DNA of 64,000 nucleotides, from positions 17,300,001 through 17,364,000 of the forward strand of contig NW_024704742.1 in NCBI RefSeq assembly GCF_018977255.1, in the 5' to 3' direction. This DNA is from Callorhinchus milii (lineage: Eukaryota). Below the pieces are notes generated by a model. That model searched no databases and was not told where the DNA came from. It saw only the letters and a program-made list of their open reading frames with translations. Shown here piece by piece: positions 25,500 to 39,060 of this stretch. How positions within the stretch are numbered: position 1 is the first letter of the stretch; every line of letters begins with the position of its first letter. The translations under genes and the position numbers were made by a program.

Positions 25500-26830
25500 T
25501 CCAAACTTTTTCATTAAGAACTACAAAAGAATAGCATATGTGGGGCTTTGGCAAACCATGGCAAAGTGTCAGGAGAATACAGGAAGTGTGCGGATATGCC
25601 AAAGGAATAGGAACGGAAATGTGTCCTAAACGATAACATTCTCCTAAGGATAGAAGAAGAGATTAATCTGGGAAAGCAAATATATAAATCTTGAAAAGCC
25701 AAATTACAGATGCAAAGAGCCATATACAGGCATATGGATTTTTTTGTAATATAGTGCCACTGAATACAAACAGAGGTGATGCTGAATCCATACATGACAT
25801 TAGTTACATTGCCGCTGATGGAATCTGTGCAGGTTTTAGCACACTTTCCAGAGAGGATCTCACAGCCAAGGGGAACTCCAGCACAGATTCACAAATGTAA
25901 TAATAAGCATAGTGGTACTTATTTACGTGGAGAGATTGGAAATCTGGACTTTAATCAACGGAGGGTTAAGAGGGGAACATAAATATTCAACATTTTGAAA
26001 GGGTTTGATGGTAATTATGACAAGATTTTCACTGTTTGGTGAATGGGCAAGAGGACGTAAAATCAAGATTCCCTCCAGGAGGGGTGGAAGGTAGGGAGGG
26101 TAAAGGTAGGGGGGTGGCCGAAGGCATGGTCGAACAGGAGGGTCTTGAGATATGCCTTGAAGGAGCAAGGGAGAGAGAAAGGTAAAGGGACTGTGGGATG
26201 GAGTTCCAAAGGGTGGGGACAGAGAGGCTGAAGGCCCGACCACCGATGGTTGGATGGGACAGGTGGGGGACATGGAGCAGGCCGGAGCCTGTTGAGCGGA
26301 GGGAGCAGACAGGTTGATATGGGGTTAGCAGGTCACAGAGGTAGGAAGGCGCAACGCGAGGATTTTGAATTCTATCCTCTGCTGATGGGGAACCAGTGAA
26401 GCCAGGCGAGGATGGGAGTGATAGGATTGTGGAGCCTGTTGCAGGAGAGGACACAAGCTGCAGAGTTCTGGATGATCTGCAGCTTGTGAAGGTCAGAATT
26501 GGGAAGGCCGACAAGCAGGGAGTAGACGTAGTTGATCTTAGATGTCATAAATGCATGGATGAGGGTTTCGGCAGCCTGAGGGGAGAGGCAGTGGCAGAGC
26601 CAGGGAATGTTGTGGAGGTGGGGGAAGGCAGAGCAGGTCATGGCTCGGATGTGGGGTAGAAACCACAAGAGAAAACTGAATTATAAGATTTAAAAGGGAA
26701 TTAGACTAGACACTTGAGTATTGACGTAAACTGGTATAGGGAAAGAGCAGAGAAATAGAATTAGAGCAGTGGGGAACTAGCATGCCACAGGTAAATGGGC
26801 TGAATGACCTTCTGCAAGGAAATTTTTAGG
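25500..26830 (+). mobile_element. Very degenerate CR1 3' region split by the L2 at 26070-26665
   Basis: Decayed EYCVQFW-like and FKRELD-like segments on both sides of the L2. Confidence 0.6.
26070..26665 (-). mobile_element. L2 LINE fragment lying between CR1 pieces
   Basis: AAETLIHAFMTSKINY...QNSAACVL...LHWFP. Confidence 0.88.
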
Positions 26831-27382
26831 ATTCTAAGATTAGAGCACAAACGACAAAGCAGCACTGTGCAAAAAAACACTCTCCTAATAATAATAATAT
26901 TTTCAACTAAAAGGTGGGAGCAGAGAGGCTGAATGCCTGACCGCAGATGGTGAGGTGGGCTGGGCAGGGGGATATGAAGCAGGCTGGAGCTCATGGAGCG
27001 GAAGGAGCAACCAGTCTCTGAGTAAGCAGGTCATGGAGGTAGGGAGGAGCATATAAATTAGACTATTTTGGAATTACTTAGACTCATTCGACAACATTTC
27101 TGTTTTGGAAATTGAGAAAAATCCCCAAAGCTCTCCCATTGTTAAAAAAAACACCAAACGTTACACCTCTGTGCCGTGGAACTCTCTTTCAAAGCTCTTA
27201 GGCTTATTTTTTCATCTCTTCCTCTCTACCTGCCATCAAAACCTCCCCGTTAATATCATTAATTTGGACACAAAACACACAATCATATTGCTTTACTGCA
27301 TATCCTCTGAAGCACTTTGAGACATCTCTCAACAACCCAATATGGCTCTATTTCAAATGCATAGATTACTTATTATTTAACC

Positions 27383-27699
27383 TGGAGTCGTGTAGCTCAG
27401 TGGTTAGAGTACTCGTCTTGCAAGCGAGACTCCTGGGTTCAATTCCAGGCAGGGCGAAACCTTGGGCAAGTTTCCTTACTCCACACGCCTAATAATAATC
27501 CCTCCAAAACAAAACAATAATAAATTGGTCATTTTCAATCCACGACTATTTGTGGGACATTGCTGTGCGCAATTGGCTGCTGTGTTTCACCCACAAATAT
27601 ACAGTCAAATCACTTTACAGCATATTCTGTGAAGCGCTTTGAGACGTTTAGAAGACGTGAAAAGCGCTATATCAAATGCAAGGATTATTATTATTATTA
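27383..27699 (+). mobile_element. SINE family A
   Basis: Full tRNA head to (ATT)n tail. Confidence 0.92.
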
Positions 27700-27925
27700 A
27701 TTGTTTCAACACCCCTTGGTATTAAAGCGCTACAATAAATGCAAGACTCATGATTCATTGTATATGAATGGGCAAGTTGTTGGTAATCATACACCATGGA
27801 CCTCACTGAGACTACATTGCAGTTATCTCGGAGGTCCCATAGAAAGCAAGTCTGTAACACTGCAGTAATTATTGTCTATAAGAGCTTCACTTAAAATTAA
27901 ACAAAGTGATCTACTCACACAGTAC

Positions 27926-28047
27926 CTGTACATTCTCTTCTGTAACCTGGATTTCAGCTGTGTAGACATAATCAATGAGCATGTTCAGTGTCCAGCCGTC
28001 TACTTCCTTTATCCGAACTCGCCTTGCTTTGCTCTCGCTCATTTCAC
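27926..28047 (-). CDS. KLHL2: KLHL2 exon 4, BTB (GEMSESKARRVRIKEVDGWTLNMLIDYVYTAEIQVTEENVQ)
   Basis: AG/GT boundaries, 122 nt. Confidence 0.97.
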
Positions 28048-29099
28048 CTGCAACAGAAAAAACAGTTCAGAAGGCAAGCCATTTTTCTATTCAGACACCT
28101 CTATGAATGACTTGTACTGGCATTGCAAGTAATAATTATCTGTCAGGCTTTCTCTTATTGTTTTTAATCTTCTCCTCCCATCCTGAAGGTTGTTGAACTC
28201 TTGCCAGCATACATTTATCGTATAAAATAATATACAATATTATTTTATATATTTTATAATCCTTGCATTTGATTCACTGGCATCGGCTGCCTTGTGGTAC
28301 ACTTGCCCAAGTGACTAATGCCCATGTATCAGCATGGACACTGAGTGTAAACTATGTGACCCCAGAGGACATCCCAGCCGATCCTGATCTTTTCCTCACT
28401 CGACATCCCACACTTTCCAGGATAGCGATCAGAACGAAAACTCTGACTAATTTTCCTTCTTCCTCGTCCAAATTTGATCACCTCAACTGCTGCTTCAACT
28501 GGGATATGCAACACATCCCAAATGACAAGACTTAAATGACTATTAAATGACTTTAATTCACTCCAAGGAAAAAATTGATTTATTCTGATTAAACATTATT
28601 ATGCAGTGCTCAAGGCTTAATGCACAGAAAATCAATCCAATAAAGTCAATTTTCAACACCAGAGGCGAGACTCACTTTTTTAGAGGGAAACAAAGTTTGC
28701 AAAGTGTTCTTTAATGTCAAATTTCAGAAGCCCTAATGGTATATACAAAGGCTGTACATGTACCATAGAGATTGTACGTACTCGTCTAGTAAACAACGTC
28801 TAAAGCCCCAACCAAACTCCCATATTAAAGACCTTCACAATGCTTACCTACGGCACTGAAACCGAAGGATATTGGGATGGGCCATTAGAACGAACCAGAC
28901 TAAGATTCCTTTTTTGCAACTCAGTATTTTTAAAATAATCAAAAAAAAGTATGTGTTGTTCTGCAGCAGAACACAACTACTTTAATACAATAAAACTCAT
29001 GTGATAAATATTGAAATGAACTTTTTGGGGAGTTAATCTAGATCTCCTTTCATTTACTGGTGCCTGTACCCTTTTGGGCGAATACCTCACTTCGCCCCC

Positions 29100-30650
29100 A
29101 CAACAACAACAACAACAACAACAAGATTCCATTTATTGAGCGCCTTTCACGTCGGGAGGACGTCCCAAGGCGCTGTACACTTGGGTCAGGACCCGAGCAG
29201 GGGGGAAATGGTCAGGGTGAGGGAGGGAAGGGAGGGAGCGAGGAGGGGGTAGAGAGTCGAGAGGGGAGCTGAAGGCACAGTCAAAGAGAAAGGTCTTGAG
29301 ACCGGCCTTGAAGGAGGAAAGGGAGGAAGCGGCGAAGGCACTGGGGGATAGAGTTCCAGAGCCTAGGGGCTGAGAGGCTGAAGGCCCGACCACCGATGGT
29401 AGGGCGGTTGGGGCGGGGGATGTGGAGCAGACCGGAGCCGGAGGAACAGAGAGTACGGGCGGGTAGGTAGGGGGATAGTAGGTCGGAGAGGTAGGAGGGA
29501 GCAAGGCCGTGAATGGCCTTGTAGGTGAGGATGAGGATCTTGAATTCGATCCTCTGGGGATGGGGAGCCAGTGGAGGCGAGCGAGGGTGGGAGTGATGTG
29601 GTCCCGAAGCCTGGTGCGGGACAGTACACGAGCTGCAGAGTTCTGAATGACCTGCAGCTTGTGGAGGGAGGTGGCGGGAAGGCCGGCGAGGAGAGAGTTC
29701 CCATAGTCCAGCCTTGAGGTGATAAAGGCGTGGACCAGAGTTTCAGCAGCGTGAGGGGTGAGGTAGTGCCGTAGTCTGGCGATGTTCTGGAGGTGATGGA
29801 AGGCGGTGCCAGTTGTGGTGCGGATATGAGGGAGAAAGGACAGCTCAGGGTCGAACAAAACGCCGAGGTTCCTGACTGGCTTTGAGAGGTGGAGAGTGCA
29901 GCCTTGGATGCTGACGCTGTCAGCGCCTGAGGTGCGGAGGCGCTGACGTGAGCCTTTCAGGAGGGCCTCAGTTTTGCGCACGTTGAACTGGAGAAAGTTG
30001 TCTCTCGTCCAGGACTCGATGTCGGACTGGCAGACTGTCAGGACATCGGTGGTCGTGGAGTTGAGGGTAGAGGAGGAAAGGTAGAGTTGGGTGTCATCCG
30101 CATACATGTGGAGGTTAACCCCATATCTGTGGATGATGTCACCAAGGGGGAAGGTTTAGGTGGGAGGACAAGCGGTGGAGGAGGATAGCGTGGTCGACCG
30201 TGTCGAATGCTGCCGATAGGTCGAGGAGGACGAGGAGTCAGAGGGAGCCCTGGTCACAGATGGTCAGGATGTCATTGGTGACCTTGACCAGGGCAATTTC
30301 TGTGCTATGGGCAGCACGGAAACCCGACTGAAGGGGTTCGAATAATGAATGGTTGGAGAGGAAAGAGCGCAGCTGGGAGGCGACAACTCGTTCCAGGACC
30401 TTGGATAGGAAGGGGAGGTTGGAGATGGGCCGGTAGCTTGATAGCTGTGACGCATCAAGGGAGAGTTTTTTTTAAGGTGGGAGTGATGGTGGCAGTTTTT
30501 AAGGGAATGGGAATAGAGCCAGAGGAGAGGGACAGGTTGACGATGTCTGTGATATGTGGGGCAAGGAGGTGGAGCTGGGAGATAAGGAGTGGAGTGGGGA
30601 TGGGGTCAAGGGAGCAGGTGGTAGGTTTCAGGGAGCAGGTGGTAGGTTTC
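29100..30650 (-). mobile_element. L2-clade LINE, 5'-truncated, with RT YADDTQLY motif, frameshift and internal deletion
   Basis: ORF 29133..30107 (YADDTQLY...SRLDYGNSLL...LHWLPI); 3' stem-loop and (TTG)n tail. Confidence 0.93.
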
Positions 30651-31968
30651 ACCCACCCCCCGCTCCCCTGCCATAATGACACAGTGGAGATCAGGAACTC
30701 ATTTTGAGAAGATCTTTGGCACAAATCTACATATTAGCACTTTTGAGGCATGGCAATTCACCCTCAAAACACAATGTATTGCACACAGGACAAACTTATA
30801 CTTTACCACCGACTGATCTCTCAGAGCTTACAATGTTCACCAACACAGCTGCACAAAAAATTAGCTTTTCCAGAACCGCAGTGACTGTACGTTTCCTCAC
30901 CCACTTCCCAGATGGAATGCCACCCAAGTGTACAACAGTAAACTGCAGGCAGACAACAAGGACAAAGCTGCTCCTAAAATACTTGTCCTTTACAAGTAGG
31001 GTTGCCTGGAGGGTAAAATCACTGCCCTATACATATGCTTGCTGTTTATTTTTTCTTTGGATTCACTGCAGTAGCATAAAAACAAATAGTGAGCTTTACT
31101 TTTTTGGGTAGGAAAAGGGGGGATTGGGGGGAGAGAAAGGGAGTGAACAGTGCTTATTCAAGAAAATTCACTTTTGAATTGTTTAAAACAAACTCAGGAG
31201 AGAAAATGTATATACAGTAATTAAGGGCATTTTTCAAACAAGGAAATATTTCACGCAGCAGAAGTGTGTTTTACTCGAGTCAACAAATGAGTCAATTTGA
31301 GAGCGGGAACTCAGCGCACACACAGGAAGAAAACAATTCCTCAATGTGTCTCATCATCTCGCTGGAAGGTCCAGGACTGTTAGTATTAGAAATCACTGTA
31401 CAATGGGCTTCATTATGCCCATTATATATGACAAAAGTTATTTTGTTTCTATCTTGATGGCAATCTTGGCAGTCGATTTTCTTACAGTCGGTAAATCTAT
31501 CAACCTTAGCAGTTGAGCTTGTAATGAATTATTGAACGTTCACTTCACCAAGGTCGATAAATTAACTTAACAACTAGAACTCAACCCTTTAATGTCACAA
31601 TGTGCAATCTAACTCTGTACCTCTGACACTAAGAAACCTGTAGTGACATTGCACCTTTGGTAGCAAATAGCCCATTGCTGATTTCCAACAGTCTCCTTGC
31701 TCCTTAACTTCAACTTGCCAGCAGTCACACTTCATTGTCAGAAAAAGAGAAAAGATGTTTCTTGTTGCATCAAGTAACTGGTTCCATTTCATATTAAAGG
31801 GGACATTGCGACATAGAGGGTTTGGCTCTCTACAGTGTAGGTTTTCACTAATGAAGCAAAATCAACTCAAAACTAATGCGTATCTGTAACACACCACTAC
31901 GATCCATTAGTCTTTTCCTATCTTCATGTCTTTTGTGGGACATTGCTATGTGCAAATTAGCTGCCATC

Positions 31969-33228
31969 TATAACAACAACAAAATTACATTTGTATAGCA
32001 CCTTTCACGTCGGGAGGACATCCCAAGGCGCTGGATAGTCAGAGTTTTGGACCCGAGCTGGGGGTCGGGATATGGGAGGGTGGAGAGCAGGGGGGGAAGC
32101 AGGATGATCGAAAGCACAGTCGAAGAGGAGGTCTTGAGGTGAGTCTTGAAGGATGCAAGGGAGGGGGTGAAGCAGAGGGAGTGCAGGATGGTGTTCAAGC
32201 GGGTGGGGGCAGAGTGGCAGAAGGCCCACCCGCCAACGGTGGGGCTGGGGGCGAGGCGAGGGACATGAAGCAGGCCAGAGCCTGCTGAGCGGAGGGAGCG
32301 AGCAGGATGGTAGGGTTAGGAGGTCGCAGAGGTAGGGGGAACAAGACCATGGAGGGCTTTGAAGGTGAGGACCAGGATCTTGAACTGTATCCTCTGTGTG
32401 ATGGGAAGCTAGTAGAATCGGACAAGGATGGGGGTGATAGGGTCACGGAGTCCAGTGCGGGAGAGGATACGGACTGCAGAGTTCTGGATGATCTACAGCC
32501 TATGGAGGGAGGAATTGGGAAGGCCCACAAACAAGGAGTTTGCACAGTCAAACCTAGATGTTATGAATGAGTGTATGAAGGTTTTGGAGGCCTTCGGTGT
32601 GAGACAGTGGCGGAGCCGGACAATATTGGGGAGGTGGGGGAAGGCAGAGCAGGTCATGGCAAGGATGTGGGGTAGAAAGGATAGTTGAGGGTCAAACAAG
32701 ATGCCATGGTTCCAGACTGTCTCAGTTAGGTGCAGTGTGTAACCATGGATGATGATGCTGTCAGTACCTGAGGTGCGGAGGCGCTGACGGAAGCCAATCA
32801 GGAGAGCCTCGGTCTTGATGACGTTCAACTGAAGAAAGTTAGTTCTCATCCAGGACTTGATGTCTGACAGACATTCTGTTAGGACAGCAGTGGTCCTGGA
32901 GTCAAGGGTGGAAGTTGACCCCATGTCTGTGGATGATGTCACCAAGAGGGAGCATATAGATATTGAAGACGAGGGGACCAAGGACGAAGCCCTGAGGAAC
33001 GCCACACGAGACAGTGCGGGGGCTAGAGGAGAAACCGTTTGTGGAGATGAAGTGGATGCAGTGTGAGAGGGACGATCTGAACCATTCAAGGACAGATCCA
33101 TGAAGGTTGAGGTGAGAAGAGAGACGGTGGATGAGGATAGAGTGGTCGACAGTGTTGAAGGCCACAGAGAGGTCAAGGAGGACGAAGAGGCAGAGGGAAC
33201 CCTGACCCTGGTCACAGATGGACAGAAT
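31969..33228 (-). mobile_element. L2 LINE fragment
   Basis: LLDLSVAFNTVDH, GVPQGFVLGPLVF; L2 3' tail. Confidence 0.92.
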
Positions 33229-33460
33229 CCATTTCAAATACATTTCACAGGAAAATCACATGAATTGCTTTGAGACATCAAAGACATGATAAGGTATTAT
33301 ATCAAATGAAGGATTATTATTCAAGATCTGAAAGGATATAGACAAACTGAACCTTATTATAATATAATGTAAATAATAATCCAATAATAATGCAATTAAA
33401 CATAATAATCTAATAATATATCATAATAATCAAATAATAGAATAATAGAACAATATAATC

Positions 33461-33463
<3 letters not shown>

Positions 33464-33491
<28 letters not shown>

Positions 33492-33789
33492 CCTTGCATT
33501 TGATATAGCGCTTTTCACGTTGGGAGGACGTCCCAAAGCGCTTCACAGAACACACTGCAAAGTGAATTGACTGTATATTTGTGGGCGAACGCGGCAGCCA
33601 ATTGCGCACAGCAATGTCCCACAAACAGTCGTAGATTGAAAATGACCAATTTATTATTGTTTTGGTTTTGGAGGGATTATTATTAGGCTCTGTGTGGAGT
33701 AAGGAAACTTGCCCAAGGTTTCGCCCTCTGCCTGGAATTGAACTCAGGTCTCTCACTTGCAAAGCGAGTGCTCTAACCACTGAGCTACA
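33464..33789 (-). mobile_element. SINE family A inserted among CR1 remnants
   Basis: Near-identical to the 10773 copy; long (TAA)n tail. Confidence 0.93.
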
Positions 33790-34449
33790 TTATAATAATA
33801 ATGTGTTCAATAGTAACAAACTTACAATAAGGGGGCACAGATTTAAGATCAGAAGAAGGAAGGTGAGCAGAGTTTAGATTTAATTACTTTGCACAGAGTG
33901 GTGAATATGAGGCACAGATTACCCAGGGATGTAGTGGGAGGCAGATTGTGTCAGTAAATTAAAGAGGGAATTATATAACTATTTGGCAAAGAATTTCATT
34001 GAGGAGCGTGAGAGACATAGACTTAAAAAAGGATATGGGAAAGAGCAGATTAATTGAATGATGTAAACAGCTTCAGTGGGGAAATAATAATAATAATAAT
34101 CCTTGCATTTCACATAGCGCCTTATAACGTCTTCGAAACATCTCAAAGCGCTTCACAGAATATATACTGCAAAGTGTATTGATTGTAATTTTGTGGGCAA
34201 AACATGGCAGCCAAATAACACAGCACAGACACAATGTGCTGAATGACTACTTTCTATGGTGAAATTTCAATGATTTGTCTTCAGTTTTAACTCCATGAGA
34301 AAGGCTCTGAATGCCATTCAGTATCTCGCACAGTGTGGAGAGAACCCAGGTGCAAAGCCATAATCTTACCACTTGGTGCCTAAACACTCAATTCTCAAAT
34401 TGAGCTGCACATTCATTATTCTACAATCAGTATATTATTACTACAGTAC

Positions 34450-34556
34450 CTGTAAACATCGCATGGAAATAGGAACTGCAAGCTGCCAGGACAACGCGAT
34501 GGGCTGAAACCTCAACATCTTCAGCTACAAGTGTCACATCGCACAAAAGATTTTGC
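34450..34556 (-). CDS. KLHL2: KLHL2 exon 3, BTB ([35 protein letters not shown])
   Basis: AG/GT boundaries, 107 nt, canonical BTB motif. Confidence 0.97.
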
Positions 34557-35561
34557 CTGCAAAAAAAAGAACAGTGAAACTTTTATGGTAAAAAAACATT
34601 CAGTACTGCACACAATACCTTACACTCACTTCACTTGGCAGAGCGTGGCGCAATACACTGGCCAAAGTCTAGAACCAAGCTTTACTATGTGATAAAATGG
34701 ATCGCCAAAGAGGCAACTTCCAGAACAAACACATTGTAAAACGCCATGTGTCGACATCTCATTAATTTGTACAAATACTGTGAAGCAGACAATATTACAC
34801 AAGGGTAATGTGCAGCTTTGAGTTATACTTAGTTACCCTGGGCTCACATCAAAATAATACTGATGGAAAAAAGCATAACCTTTCAGCTGCTGTGAGGACC
34901 ACAGAGTGCCTCTTATGTGAATTTATCCAAAGAGTAGCTGAGCCACAAGGATGGTGCAAAAGTTATCTTGTATATAACTCACTCTGGCCTGAGAGCATTT
35001 GATGCAAATCACGTGAAAATGTTCTTCTCTAGCACTGTCTCCTCACCACAACAAGCACATTTCCCTACCCCACCCCAACAAAACTCTTTAACGACCATGT
35101 TTTCTCTGGCAAAGACACCAAGTGCGGTTAATGGATGAACTGCAGGGCTGAATGAATTTGTGAAATAAATTGCCATGCTGGAGCACATAGTTAACAGACC
35201 ACACTGAGCGGTTCCAGTGATTTTGCTAGAAAAAATTAACCCCCCCCCACCTCTCCACCGCCCGCTAGTTTTCCTGTGCATCTACTCAACAAACCAGGAA
35301 GAATCGGTTAGAAAATAATATAAGAACATAAGAATCACTAGACAAAAGAAGACCAAGGTCCATCCAGTTCACTTTCCACCATCCTGGCACTTGCATGCAC
35401 ATGTCAAGTCCCAAATTTATAGTCTGTATTCCTCGATATTATTTCCTAAAATAAATCTGTCTAATTTGATAAGCACAATCCCATTGCCTACCGCTCCACA
35501 GTGCCATTGAACCATAATCATTGTAGTTTGTAGCACTCCACAAAGTTAATAATAATATAAA

Positions 35562-35832
35562 AATAATAATAATCCTTGCATTTGATATAGCGCTTTTCAC
35601 GTCTTCTAGACGTCCCAAAGCGCTTTACAGAATATACTGTAAAGTGAATTGACTGTATATTTGTGGGCGAACGCAGCAGCCAATTGCGCACAGCAATGTC
35701 CCACAAACAGTCATGGATTGAAAATGACCAATTTATTATTGTTTCGTTTTTTGGAGGGATTATTATTAGGCTCTGTGTGGAGTAAGGAAACTTGCCCAAG
35801 GTTTCGCCCTGTCTGGAATTGAACGCAGGTCT
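35562..35832 (-). mobile_element. SINE family A, 5'-truncated, about 36 nt from the exon 2 donor
   Basis: Matches the other copies. Confidence 0.9.
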
Positions 35833-35869
35833 AATGAAATGCCTACAGATGAGTTAGTGCAGGTCATAC

Positions 35870-35995
35870 CTTCTCAGTTCATTCATAACTTTAAAAGCTT
35901 TTTTCATGTGACGAGGATTCACAGTGACTGGACACTGTTTCTCAGAGACATCATCTTTCAGGTCATGGCGTTTGTGTTGGCATAATTTTGTGCAC
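35870..35995 (-). CDS. KLHL2: KLHL2 exon 2 (CTKLCQHKRHDLKDDVSEKQCPVTVNPRHMKKAFKVMNELR)
   Basis: AG/GT boundaries, 126 nt, translation matches the KLHL2 N-terminus. Confidence 0.95.
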
Positions 35996-36079
35996 CTTTA
36001 AAGAAAACAAAAATCAGAATTACTGACAAAGCACTTTATATTGGAATTTCACACAAAGGTGGGCGCCCTAGTGAATAAT

Positions 36080-36860
36080 ACAATCATGGAAATTTACAGC
36101 ACAGGAGGCGGCCATTATGCCCACCGTGTTTGCACCGACTCTCAGAGTAAGCTGTTCATCCAATCGCACTGCCCTGCCTTATTCCCATACCCCTTCAAAC
36201 TTCTATCTGTCATATACCTGTTTACTTCCCTCTTGAAACCCACAATGGACTCTGCTTCTACCACCTCATTTGGTAGGACTTTCCACATTCCAACAACTCT
36301 TGTGTGAAAAAAATGTTGCTTAAACGATCCTTTCACTCTTCTGATGACTATCATAACAACGGCCCCTAGTCATTGACTCCCTACTGGTGGAAATAGCTTC
36401 TCCCTATGTACCCTGTCAAAACCCCTCATAACTTGAAACATCTCTATCAGCTTCCCTCTGAACCTTTTCTTCTCCAATGACAATAGATCCATCTTGTCTA
36501 ATCTCTGCTCATAACTAAAGCCCTCCAATCATGGTATCGTTCTTGGAAGTCTCCTCTGCAGTCTTCCAAGGTTGTAACATCTTTCCTGAAATTAGGTCAC
36601 CAAAATTCAATGCAGATGCGGCCTAACCAATGATTTGTACAAGGTTGGCATTGTTGCTTTACTTTTGTACTTTGTGTCCTTATGTATAAAACCCAGAATG
36701 CTATTAGCTTTTTTTCACAACTCTTTGCCGTTTCAGTGACTTCTGTACTTACATTCCCAAGTATCTTTGCTCCTTTCAAGATACTGCTATTCAATAAATA
36801 CACCCTAAACTCATTTTTTCTACCAAAAGAAATCACCTCACCTACCAAAATGAGATCCAT
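36080..36860 (-). mobile_element. CR1 LINE 3' fragment
   Basis: FFHTRVVGMWKVLPNEVVEAESIVGFKREVNRYM, a typical CR1 ORF2 C-terminus. Confidence 0.85.
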
Positions 36861-38672
36861 CATCATGAATAATGCTATTTAGGACTGAGTATGATTTTTC
36901 GGAACATATCAGGAACCACCCTCTTCCCATAAATGAATCATTTAAATAACCAATTACACATTAAGTCCTACATTGTACATCACTGGAGGGTACAGATTCC
37001 TCAATAATATTGACTCACCGGGCAATGAAATAATCATTCACTTTGGTTCCAGTGTGAGCACGAGCTGGCTTCCAATTATATTTTTTATTTCATTTTTAAT
37101 AAAAAGGCAAAATGCAGAAAATTGAAACTGCAAAGCAAAGGTTTGCACTGGGGCTCAGCACCTGAGTGTAAACTTGCCGCAGCAGCCAACATTGCAACTG
37201 AATTACGCGGAAACTGAGCCCATCAGCAAAGTTTCCAATACAGCAACACAAAACCAACCCCTTTAAATATCTACATTAAATTCTGAAAATATTCTGCCAA
37301 TTGCTCCAGTATGGAATGACTAAAATGACCTTTCTGTTTTGCAGATGTCATGGGAATGAGTAAGATCTAAACTGTACAATACAAGCAGTTTCCACGAGTT
37401 TGGAGCTTGCAATCTGATCTTTACCCGACAATTATCTAATCATTTAGCACTCCCCACTGGGAGCAGAGATTCTCCCCACTCAGCTCCGGTTAACCGTGAA
37501 AACCAAAGCCCTAATGGATAGAGTGCTCCAGTTGGACAAAGGAATCTTGCGAGACAGTGATCTCTATTGGATGTGAGCTAGTTAAACTCCAGTAGTTTCC
37601 CAAGCTTTGGCTCTTGCCAACCTGCATCTAATAATTTTCAGAATTAAGTAAGCAGGGTGCACGCCTTCAGGGAGAGCGTGTGCATTCCATTCCAGACACA
37701 GGGAAATTTCCAAAAGCAGGTGGCGTACATACGTGGAATTCTCAGTCTGGTTTGGATAAATGGTGATGGAGTTCTGCATATGTTAAGACAGCCGGCTGAC
37801 TATTTTTTTTCAGCACCACCCAATGTTTTGGGTATCCCTCGACTTGCTTTCTAATCAATTCAACCCAACAGAGTCTGAACTTTAGAACTTGCCCACTCAT
37901 CCAACAAACGAACAATCAAGTTGAAATGTCCTCACCCCACCGCGACTTTTTTTAAAAAAAGCTTTTCATTTGGACGGGAAATTAAAACCTGCAATCCACA
38001 TGCATTTGTTATCGCAGTCAATTATTTTATCCAACGAGCTTCCTTCTAATTTATCCACATTCCCCAAAACCAGGCTTCGGCTACACCCAGGAGAATAGGA
38101 TTTCTGCCGTCACATTTCTGGACCAACTGGATGAAGGTAAACTGGATGGACTCATTGTGGATCTTCCTTCCCCCACCCACCACCCCACCCACCATGTGGA
38201 AGAGCCTGACCTCTCTTCAGTACTTGGCTGCAAAGGTACAGCAACTGGGAAGACATGGAAAGAAGAGGGAACATTTTGCAGCAGCAAGATATCTAGATTA
38301 TAAAAGTAAGGAGGTGCTGCTTCACTGATATACAGCGCTCGTCAATCTTCTATTTGTAGTACTGTATTCAATTTTCAGTACCCAATCTTAGATAAGATAT
38401 ACTAGCCTTGGAGTGTTTTCAACATCCGTCCGCTAGACAACTCCTCCCTCTGGTCAGGGAAGAGCCTTCGCTATCTTCCTCAATACAAGGTAAAAGTCAG
38501 AAATAAGATAGTTAAAATTGAGGTCAGGAACCATTTCTTCCCATAGAGACATAGAGATATTATGGGGTTTGGTGAAAGGGAAGGACAAGCCATTTGATTA
38601 AAAGATCTGCCAAGACTTAATAAGCTAGGGGAACAATTTTGATGGGCTGAATGGTTTCTTCCTATTCCAATG

Positions 38673-39060
38673 TAATAATAACAATAATCCTTGTGTTTGA
38701 TATAGCGCCTTATCATGTCTTTGAGATGTCTCAAAACTCTTCACAGAATATACTATAAAGTGAATTGACCGTGTATTTTGTAGGTGAAACATGGCAGCCA
38801 ATTGCACACAGCAGTGTCTCACAAACAGCTGTGGATTGAGTGACCAAATTATTATTATTTTTATTTTACTTCAAAGGGATTATTACCCTCAGAAAAGCGA
38901 CTTGCCAATCGTCCATCAACCGGGTTCCTATTTACTGCTAAGTAAATTGAGGCCTGTGGAGTAAGGAAACTTGTCTAATGTTTTGTCCTACCTGGGAATC
39001 AAACCCAGGTCCTCTTGCTTGTGAGGAGAGTGGTCTAACCAATACACTACAGGACTCCAC
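38673..39060 (-). mobile_element. SINE family A, longer subfamily
   Basis: Same extra segment as the 22843 copy. Confidence 0.85.

Noticed and set aside
29133..30107. 324-aa RT-containing ORF as an active or domesticated gene
   Set aside because: 5'-truncated, lacks the upstream RT motifs and shifts out of the ORF2 frame near 29555.
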